Of a stretch of DNA of 32,000 nt, positions 25,814 to 32,000 are shown piece after piece. The DNA lies in contig JAZNGM010000007.1 in the NCBI GenBank assembly GCA_045576455.1, forward strand, positions 101,287 through 133,286, written 5' to 3'. The notes under the pieces are model-generated. The model worked only from the letters and a program-made list of their open reading frames with translations. It was not told where the DNA came from and ran no database searches. The DNA is from Lachnospiraceae bacterium (lineage in GTDB: Bacteria > Bacillota > Clostridia > Lachnospirales > Lachnospiraceae). Made by a program: the position numbers and the translations under genes. Position 1 is the stretch's first letter, and each line of letters begins with the position of its first letter.

Positions 25814-26713
25814 ATGCGCAAATACGAGAAAAAAGGATACCTTACAGGGGACTTTAAAATATTCCATTTAAGTACCTGTGAGAAGAAGGATTTTGAATAT
25901 CACTATCATGATTTTGATAAGATAGTTATCTTTGTAAAGGGAAATGTTACCTATAGCGTAGAGGGAATGAACTATAAGTTGGCGCCGTATGATATTGTTC
26001 TTGTGCGTGCGGGACAGGTACATAGACCTGTCGTACATGATGCGTCGGAATATGAGAGAATTATTATATATATTTCTCCGCAGTTTATAGAGCACTACCG
26101 TAATGAAGAGTATGATTTGAGCGATTGTTTTAAAAAGGCGGAAGAGGAAAAAACCTCCGTATTCAGAAAACTTTCCATGAAGAAGAGTATCCTTTACCGG
26201 ACTATGGCGGAACTTGAGAATTCTTTTCATGATGAGGGGTATGCTTCAAAGCTGCATCAGGAGGTACTCTTTTTAAACTTTATGATACAGCTTAACCGGG
26301 CGGTCTTGGAGAATTCGATAGACTACCGTAAAACGGATGCTTCCAATATGCAGATTCTGAATATTGTTTCCTATATGAACCGTCACCTGACGGAGAGCTT
26401 AAGCGTGGAAACGATTGCCGAGCATTTTTATATAAACCGGTATTATCTGATGCATCTTTTTAAAGAGGAAACGGGGGACACCATCGGCAACTATATAACA
26501 AATAAACGTCTTATACTGGCGCGCCGGATGATTGCGGAAGGAAAGCCGGTGACGCAGGCATGCTATGAAGCGGGTTTTACCAGCTATTCCAATTTTTCGC
26601 GGGCATATAAAAAATGCTTTGGGGAAACAGCGGGACAAAAGACACGGGGCACCTTAAAAGAGGATGGCAGGGAATTAAGTGTGGTAGAAAAACAGGAGCT
26701 TATGGAAGAATAG
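25814..26713 (+). CDS. AraC-family transcriptional regulator (cupin sensor plus double HTH)
   Basis: N-terminal cupin (HYHDFDKIVIFVKG...VRAGQVHRP). C-terminal AraC HTH (ACYEAGFTSYSNFSRAYKKCFG). Confidence 0.9.
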   Translation: MRKYEKKGYLTGDFKIFHLSTCEKKDFEYHYHDFDKIVIFVKGNVTYSVEGMNYKLAPYDIVLVRAGQVHRPVVHDASEYERIIIYISPQFIEHYRNEEYDLSDCFKKAEEEKTSVFRKLSMKKSILYRTMAELENSFHDEGYASKLHQEVLFLNFMIQLNRAVLENSIDYRKTDASNMQILNIVSYMNRHLTESLSVETIAEHFYINRYYLMHLFKEETGDTIGNYITNKRLILARRMIAEGKPVTQACYEAGFTSYSNFSRAYKKCFGETAGQKTRGTLKEDGRELSVVEKQELMEE

Positions 26714-26759
26714 TATGCGTAAGATGAATAAAGGAGTATGCAACTTACCCGGTTTATTT

Positions 26760-26788
26760 GTAACTTGACGGTGGATTTTGGTAACTTG
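26760..26788 (+). promoter_or_regulatory. direct repeats with 21-bp phasing (LytTR-box-like)
   Basis: GTAACTTG occurs at 26760-26767 and again at 26781-26788. The flanks are also similar (atttGTAACTTGac versus tttgGTAACTTGcc). Confidence 0.45.
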
Positions 26789-26843
26789 CCGATAATCGCT
26801 TGAAACTATCCCGTTTTTTGTATAGGGTATAAAAGCGGACAAG

Positions 26844-26913
26844 AGAAAGGATATAACAGAAAGAATATAACAGAAAGAATATAAAAGAAAGAATATAGTA
26901 GGAAGGAAACGAC
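26844..26913. repeat. 14-bp tandem repeat, 4 copies plus a degenerate 5th that contains the SD
   Basis: agaaaggatataac / agaaagaatataac / agaaagaatataaa / agaaagaatatagt / aggaaggaaacgac. Confidence 0.9.
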
Positions 26914-26916
26914 GTG

Positions 26917-27861
26917 ATGGATAAAATGATAGAAGTTAAAAATCTCAAAAAGACTTTCGGTGACATAAGGGCTGTAGATGATATCAGCTTTTCTGTGGAA
27001 GCCGGGGAACTGTTTGGATTTCTTGGTGTAAACGGTGCCGGGAAGTCAACCACTATAAATATGTTAAGCACTATATATGAGCCGACAGAAGGAACGGTTA
27101 AAATATGTGGGTTTGATGTGAAAAAGGATGCCGATAAGGTCAGACGTAAAATTGGTGTGGTAGGACAGGGAAACAGTCTTGACAAGCTGCTTACGGTAAA
27201 AGAGAACCTTATGGTGCGGGGAAGCTTTTATGAGTCTGACAAGAAGGCGCTTAAGAAGCGTCTATTAGAAGTAGCAGAAATATTAGAACTTGGTGATGTT
27301 ATTGACAGAAGATACGGTATGCTCTCCGGTGGACAGAAAAGAAGATGTGAGGTGGCAAAGGCACTTATGAATACACCGGAATTACTGTTCCTTGATGAGC
27401 CGACAACGGGACTTGACCCGGCTACCAGAAAAAGTCTTTGGTCTTCTCTTACAGTACTCCGTAAGGAAACCAATATGACCATTTTCCTTACAACACACTA
27501 TATGGAGGAAGCGGCTAGAGCAACCAACATTGCCATCATAGATAAAGGCAAGCTGCTTGAGTACGGAACACCATTTGACTTAAAGGAAAGATTTGCCAAA
27601 GATAAGCTTTTCTTAATACCGGAGGATATGGAAAATGTAAGAAGAAAGCTTGATGCAAGCAACATTGTATATAAGGTAAAGGATAATAAGCTTTCCCTGA
27701 CCATAGAAAATACCATGGCATCGCTTCCAATTGTTGATATGTTAAAAGAGGATATCAGCGGTTTTGAAGTGATACAGGGTTCCATGGATGATGTGTTTTT
27801 AAATGTGACGGGAAGAAGCCTTGAGGGACAGGAGGAAAATAAAGATGAAAGCATTAACTAG
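26917..27861 (+). CDS. ABC transporter ATP-binding protein (ABC-2/DrrA-type exporter)
   Basis: Walker A GVNGAGKST, signature LSGGQKRR, Walker B LLFLDEP. ATG 26917 lies 9 nt after AGGAAGGA. Confidence 0.92.
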   Translation: MDKMIEVKNLKKTFGDIRAVDDISFSVEAGELFGFLGVNGAGKSTTINMLSTIYEPTEGTVKICGFDVKKDADKVRRKIGVVGQGNSLDKLLTVKENLMVRGSFYESDKKALKKRLLEVAEILELGDVIDRRYGMLSGGQKRRCEVAKALMNTPELLFLDEPTTGLDPATRKSLWSSLTVLRKETNMTIFLTTHYMEEAARATNIAIIDKGKLLEYGTPFDLKERFAKDKLFLIPEDMENVRRKLDASNIVYKVKDNKLSLTIENTMASLPIVDMLKEDISGFEVIQGSMDDVFLNVTGRSLEGQEENKDESIN

Positions 27862-28762
27862 TTTTGTAAGAAGAAATTGCATGAATTATTTCCGTGACCG
27901 TTCAGCAGTATTCTTTTCCCTGCTATCGATGTTTATTGTTATTATGCTTATGGTGGTATTTATTGGAGATATGAACGTCCAGTCTATCGTGAACCTGTTA
28001 GGTGAATACGGTGGGGAAGGAAGAGATGCGGCAGCGGATAAAAACAATGCACAAGTGTTGGAGATTATGTGGATGACAGCAGGTCTTGTAGTGGTAAATG
28101 CGGTTATGGTTACCCTTACCATGATAGGACATATGATAGAGGATGCCGCAGCAGGCAAACAGGCAAGCTTTTTTGTGGCACCGGTAAGCCGTTATACCAT
28201 TACCATGGGCTATATCCTTGCATCCGTGCTGGTAGGTATTTTTATGTGTGTGTTAACGGTTGTGGTAGCACAGATATACGTGGTTGCTATCGGTGGAAGT
28301 GTTCTTGGTGTCATGGACTTTATTAAGATATTGGGTATTATTGTGTTAACGGTATTTACATCTTCAAGTCTTATGTTTTTGCTGGCGGTATTTGTATCGA
28401 CGGAAAGTGCATGGGGCGGACTCGGAACTACAATAGGAACGCTGGTGGGCTTTTTTGGTGGTATATATCTTCCGATAGGAGCACTTCCTGGGGGCGTTGA
28501 TGTTGTGGTTAAAGCATTGCCGGTTCTGCATGAATGTGCAATGCTTAGGGAGATTTTTACGAAAGACATTATCGAGAAAACCTTTAGCGGTCCGGCAGCA
28601 CAGGTCATCCCTATGTATAAAGAGGAAATGGGAGTCACGGTTGAAATGTTTGGTAAGACAGCCACGCCGTTGTTCCAGACATTGTTTATATTAGGGTATG
28701 GTGTACTTGCATTTATTGTAGCTACTGTTATTATAAATAAAAAAGGGGCAAGAGACAGATAA
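27845..28762 (+). CDS. ABC-2 family transporter permease
   Basis: About 6 TM segments. ATG 27845 lies 8 nt after GGAGGA and overlaps the end of the ATPase gene by 17 nt. Confidence 0.85.
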   Translation: MKALTSFVRRNCMNYFRDRSAVFFSLLSMFIVIMLMVVFIGDMNVQSIVNLLGEYGGEGRDAAADKNNAQVLEIMWMTAGLVVVNAVMVTLTMIGHMIEDAAAGKQASFFVAPVSRYTITMGYILASVLVGIFMCVLTVVVAQIYVVAIGGSVLGVMDFIKILGIIVLTVFTSSSLMFLLAVFVSTESAWGGLGTTIGTLVGFFGGIYLPIGALPGGVDVVVKALPVLHECAMLREIFTKDIIEKTFSGPAAQVIPMYKEEMGVTVEMFGKTATPLFQTLFILGYGVLAFIVATVIINKKGARDR

Positions 28763-28809
28763 TAAGTTCCCGGTATCGGGATACATATCGGAACAGGAGT
28801 AAAGGGTAA

Positions 28810-29247
28810 ATGAAAATAATTATCGAAGAATGTATGCCCGGCGAAGAGGATAGCATTACTATACGTTGTGCACATATGGATGAATCCATGCTATCGCTGA
28901 TTAATTCCCTAAAGACCGGCATTAATAAGCTTGCGGTTTCAAAAGACGGACAAATCAGTTTCCTTGAATACAAGGAAGTCTATTATTTTGAAGCCGTGGA
29001 TAATAAGGTTTTTGTCTATACGCAGAATGAAGTGTATGAAACGCGCCATAAACTGTACGAGATTGAAGAGCAATATTGCCGCTACGGTTTTATACGTATT
29101 TCAAAATCCATTGTAGTGAGCCTTATGAAGATAAAGAGATTAAGTCCGGCATTTAACGGACGGTTTGAAGCACTTCTTAAAAATAATGAGAAGGTTATTG
29201 TCTCAAGACAGTATGTTCCTTCGTTAAAAGAAAAACTGGGAGTTTAG
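28810..29247 (+). CDS. LytTR-family DNA-binding protein without a receiver domain
   Basis: 145 aa. LytTR pattern ...ISFLEYKEVYYFEAVDNKVFVYTQNEVYETRHKLYEIEE...FIRISKSIVVSLMKIK. Only ~40 aa lie N-terminal to the domain. Confidence 0.85.
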   Translation: MKIIIEECMPGEEDSITIRCAHMDESMLSLINSLKTGINKLAVSKDGQISFLEYKEVYYFEAVDNKVFVYTQNEVYETRHKLYEIEEQYCRYGFIRISKSIVVSLMKIKRLSPAFNGRFEALLKNNEKVIVSRQYVPSLKEKLGV

Positions 29248-29256
29248 GAGGCCGCC

Positions 29257-29703
29257 ATGAGTAAAAAAGAAATAATTACGGATAAAATAAAAGAAATATT
29301 TTTTACCTTTGTATGTGTAACGACCTCTGTCGTATTTGCCAATGCGTTATATATACAAATTTTTTACGGACCGGGTACGCTTGTTGAAATGGAGAATTAC
29401 TGGATAATTCTTATATTATCTTTCCTTACTTCGCTTTGTAACCTGATATATCCTGCAAGAGAGGTTTCGAAAAAGACGGGTATAGTACTCACCCTTATAC
29501 ATTTTGTTTTGGTAACAGCTATTGTATTGGGATTTGGTTCCTATATGAAATGGTATGAGTTTAATGATCCGTTAATGTTCGTATCTATGGTGTTGTTTAT
29601 TGCACTGATTTTTGCTGCGGTATATGTAATGGTATATATAAGAAATAAAAAAATGGCAAACAGAATGAATGAGTGCCTGAAACAGTTTACGGATGAGCTA
29701 TAA
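29257..29703 (+). CDS. DUF3021-like 4-TM membrane protein (candidate LytTR partner or inhibitor)
   Basis: Four hydrophobic segments. The SD AGGAGG overlaps the LytTR stop codon, implying translational coupling. Confidence 0.7.
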   Translation: MSKKEIITDKIKEIFFTFVCVTTSVVFANALYIQIFYGPGTLVEMENYWIILILSFLTSLCNLIYPAREVSKKTGIVLTLIHFVLVTAIVLGFGSYMKWYEFNDPLMFVSMVLFIALIFAAVYVMVYIRNKKMANRMNECLKQFTDEL

Positions 29704-29763
29704 GCAATTTGCAATTAAGCAATAAACAATTGAGCAATAAACAATTGAGCAATAACCGTTGCG
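29704..29763. repeat. 15-bp tandem repeat, ~4 copies
   Basis: gcaatttgcaattaa / gcaataaacaattga / gcaataaacaattga / gcaataaccgttgcg. The two central copies are identical and each contains the CAATTG palindrome. Confidence 0.9.
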
Positions 29764-29780
29764 GATGAGTTATAAAGTTA

Positions 29781-29809
29781 TTGCAACAAAGCGTAAAAAG
29801 TGATACATT
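29781..29809 (+). promoter_or_regulatory. sigma-A promoter candidate for the MetRS-like gene
   Basis: TTGCAA (29781-29786), a 17-nt spacer, then TACATT (29804-29809). Confidence 0.5.
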
Positions 29810-29848
29810 TTCTTTATTGAGTGCACATTTTAGAAATGAGGAAAGACG

Positions 29849-31825
29849 ATGTACAATAAAAGAATCAGACCGGATGAAAGACCGGTTTTCCCAAAGCGTG
29901 CCATCATAACAGGTGGTATGCCATATGGTAATAAGGAACTTCACTTTGGCCACGTGGGTGGTATGTTTGTTCATGCAGATGTATTCGCAAGATTTTTGCG
30001 TGACCGTATCGGTAAAGAAAATGTTATTTTTGTGTCGGGAACAGACTGCTATGGTTCACCGGCTTTGGAAAGTTACAGAAAATTAAAAGAAACAGGATAT
30101 GACAAATCTATTAAGGATTATGTCCGTTCCAATCATGATAAGCAGACGGAGACGTTAGGTAAGTATGGAATAAGCCTGAATATTTTTGGTGCTTCAGCAT
30201 TGGATGATTCAGCTGTAATGCATAACAAGGTTTCCGGAGAAGTTTTTAGAAAGCTTTATGAAAAGGGATATCTTGAGAAACTGTCAACACCACAGTTCTT
30301 TGATGATGAGCTGGGCGTGTTCTTAAACGGAAGACAGGTTGTCGGTAAATGTCCTATCGAGGGTTGTCAGTCAGAAAAAGCGTATGCGGATGAGTGTTCT
30401 TTGGGACACCAGTATATGCCGAGTGAGTTGATTAATCCGGTGAGTGTTTTATCAGGCAAGAAGCCATCTTTTGTGGATGTAACGAACTGGTATTATAAGT
30501 TGGAAAATGATATCGATTCCTTAAAAGAATATATAGAAGATTTAAAGAGAAATTCCAATACGAGAAAATATTCTCTTACTATTATTGATGAATTCTTATG
30601 CAAGCCGCTTGTTCATATTCCTAAGAAATATTTGGAAGAATTGGATGTGGATGCATTACTGAAAGAATTCCCTCCACACGAGTTTATGGATGAAGAAAAG
30701 CGCAAGTCCATTATGTGTACTTTTGCAACCTTGGATGACAGGGATAAGGCAAGAAAGGTACTTGAGGCAAAGGGAATACATTATACGGCAGGTAAGACAC
30801 TTGTACCGTTCCGTTTATCGGGAAATGTAGAGTGGGGTGTTCCTGTACCGGATACGGAAGACCAGAAAGACCTTACTTTCTGGGTATGGCCGGAATCCTT
30901 ATGGGCACCGATTTCCTTTACAAGAACTTATCTTGCGCGTCAGGGTAAGGATGAAGATGAGTGGCAGAAATGGTGGAATGATGATGACGCCCAGGTATAC
31001 CAGTTCATCGGAGAAGATAATATTTACTTCTATGCGATTGCTGAAATGGGTATCTTTGATGCATTGGGTAATGTTAAGAAACCACACATTATTCCGAACC
31101 GCCATATTTTGTTTATGGATAGCAAAGCAAGCAGCAGTTCCGATATTAAGCCGCCGATGGCAGATGAACTTCTTCAGCATTACTCCAAAGATCAGTTGAG
31201 AATGCATTTCATCAGTCTTGGTTTATCCAATAAGAGTACAGGCTTTAAACCACAGGTATATATGCCGGAGAATGAGCGTCAGGGTGTTGACATGGTACTT
31301 AAAGAAGGAAATCTTCTTACCAATGTTTATAACCGCTTAATCCGTTCATGCTTCTATACAACACAGTCGGCTTTTGATGGTAAGATTCCTGAGGGAACAG
31401 TTTCCGATAAGATCCGTACACTTTGTGAGCAGAAGGCATATGAATATGAAAGACACATGTATAATCATGACTTCCATAGAATTTCTTATGTACTGGATGA
31501 ATTTATCAGAGAGGTTAATAAGTATTGGGCAGCGGTAAGCAGAGAGGCAGATAAGTCTGAAGATGTAGAGATGAAGAGACAGCTTCTTGTAGACACATGG
31601 TATGCATGTAAGGTAATGGCACTCCTTATCCACCCGATTGCACCGGACGGATGCGAGATGTTTGCAGACTATCTTAATGTCGATGAAAGCTTCTTTAGCT
31701 GGGACAATATCTTTGAGCCAATCAGCTTCTTCTTCAAAGATGGCGAAGCGCATGAACTTAAATTCCTTGAGCCGCGAGTAGACTTCTTCAAGAAACCGGA
31801 GTGGCAGTTTGGCGGCAATGAATAA
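29849..31825 (+). CDS. class I aminoacyl-tRNA ligase of the methionine--tRNA ligase family (divergent, non-canonical signature motifs)
   Basis: PYGNKELHFGHVGG (HIGH motif). Zn-knuckle CPIEGCQ...DECSLGH. By-eye colinearity with E. coli MetRS (FVHADVFARFLR, SELINPVSVLSGKKP, YQFIGEDNIYFY, DQLRMHF). The KMSKS position reads KASSS. Confidence 0.85.
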   Translation: MYNKRIRPDERPVFPKRAIITGGMPYGNKELHFGHVGGMFVHADVFARFLRDRIGKENVIFVSGTDCYGSPALESYRKLKETGYDKSIKDYVRSNHDKQTETLGKYGISLNIFGASALDDSAVMHNKVSGEVFRKLYEKGYLEKLSTPQFFDDELGVFLNGRQVVGKCPIEGCQSEKAYADECSLGHQYMPSELINPVSVLSGKKPSFVDVTNWYYKLENDIDSLKEYIEDLKRNSNTRKYSLTIIDEFLCKPLVHIPKKYLEELDVDALLKEFPPHEFMDEEKRKSIMCTFATLDDRDKARKVLEAKGIHYTAGKTLVPFRLSGNVEWGVPVPDTEDQKDLTFWVWPESLWAPISFTRTYLARQGKDEDEWQKWWNDDDAQVYQFIGEDNIYFYAIAEMGIFDALGNVKKPHIIPNRHILFMDSKASSSSDIKPPMADELLQHYSKDQLRMHFISLGLSNKSTGFKPQVYMPENERQGVDMVLKEGNLLTNVYNRLIRSCFYTTQSAFDGKIPEGTVSDKIRTLCEQKAYEYERHMYNHDFHRISYVLDEFIREVNKYWAAVSREADKSEDVEMKRQLLVDTWYACKVMALLIHPIAPDGCEMFADYLNVDESFFSWDNIFEPISFFFKDGEAHELKFLEPRVDFFKKPEWQFGGNE

Positions 31826-31851
31826 ACCACGGGAGTTTAAGTTATTAATGT

Positions 31852-31905
31852 CATAAAGAAAATAAAGAAAATAAAAAACATAAAGAACAAGTAAAATTGT
31901 AAAAA
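31852..31905. repeat. degenerate 9-bp A-rich tandem repeat, 4-6 copies
   Basis: cataaagaa / aataaagaa / aataaaaaa / cataaagaa / caagtaaaa / ttgtaaaaa. Confidence 0.6.
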
Positions 31906-31910
31906 GAAAA

Positions 31911-31956
31911 AGGCAGGTAATCATGAAAGAAAAGATTACCTGCCTATTTATTTTTT
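31911..31956 (+). terminator. rho-independent terminator
   Basis: AGGCAGGTAATC / GATTACCTGCCT, a 12-bp perfect stem with an 11-nt loop, then ATTTATTTTTT. Confidence 0.85.
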
Positions 31957-32000
31957 ATATGCAGGTACTGGGGTGGTGGGTGTTGAGGGTGTATGTTGAG

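Noticed and set aside
26788-26795. GCCGATAA, a perfect enteric-type sigma-28 -10 box, right after the second GTAACTTG repeat
   Set aside because: No TAAA-like -35 lies at the required 15-16 nt upstream (the sequence there is CGGT). The match partly results from the repeat followed by GATAAT, so it is not called a sigma-D promoter.
26738-26803. 21-aa ORF (MQLTRFICNLTVDFGNLPIIA) overlapping the LytTR-box repeats, considered as a possible signalling peptide for the LytTR module
   Set aside because: The AAGGAG lies only 1 nt from the ATG, which is too close for initiation. There is no leader or double-glycine motif, and the ORF is largely generated by the direct repeat itself.
26844-26913. Tandem repeat arrays (also 29704-29763, 6008-6040 and 31852-31905) considered as a CRISPR array
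   Set aside because: The units are directly adjacent with no unique spacers, are only 9-15 bp long, and no cas genes are present. They are simple tandem repeats.
28210-28875. 221-aa minus-strand ORF antisense to the ABC-2 permease. Similar antisense ORFs occur at 31346-31924, 16253-16711, 12941-13363 and 1811-2248.
   Set aside because: All lie opposite well-supported genes. They have no SD and skewed low-complexity composition (Ser/Pro/Ile-rich or repeat-derived). They are typical shadow ORFs.

Overview
This 32 kb window looks like a low-GC Firmicute chromosome, Clostridia-like and possibly Lachnospiraceae (taxonomy is inference from protein motifs, gene order and Shine-Dalgarno (SD) usage). 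It is dominated by tightly packed housekeeping genes. In order: aconitase 3' end; a conserved spoIID plus degenerate-LytM (spoIIQ-position) pair; a lipoprotein; ddl-murF; plsC (minus strand); a PrcB-like lipoprotein; pyrC-pyrK-pyrD; a DUF3794/LysM (SipL/SpoVID-like) protein; ispE; a GntR regulator; murI; a DUF1934 protein; cls; a lipoprotein trigger-factor paralog; a minus-strand operon of trans-sulfuration PLP enzyme-dapF-murE; an AraC regulator; an ABC-2 exporter plus receiver-less LytTR plus DUF3021 module; and a divergent MetRS-like class I tRNA ligase. I could not recognise any rRNA, tRNA, CRISPR array, transposase/integrase or prophage genes. Observations worth follow-up: (1) Two unlinked genes of unknown function (1347-2447 plus strand, 14535-15137 minus strand) each sit behind a near-consensus sigma-D/sigma-28 (flagellar) promoter and a leader hairpin presenting GGA in a 13-nt loop (CsrA-like). 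One product has a flagellin-like N-terminus, so these may be undescribed late-flagellar or flagellar-exported proteins. (2) The LytTR/DUF3021/ABC-2 operon has 21-bp-phased GTAACTTG direct repeats upstream and a 14-bp x4-5 tandem repeat in its leader. (3) The MetRS-like enzyme reads KASSS where KMSKS is expected and YFY where YFH is expected. (4) A Cys/Met-family PLP enzyme is co-operonic with dapF and murE. (5) A/G-rich short tandem repeats recur in four intergenic regions. All functional calls come from by-eye motif recognition; no database search was run.
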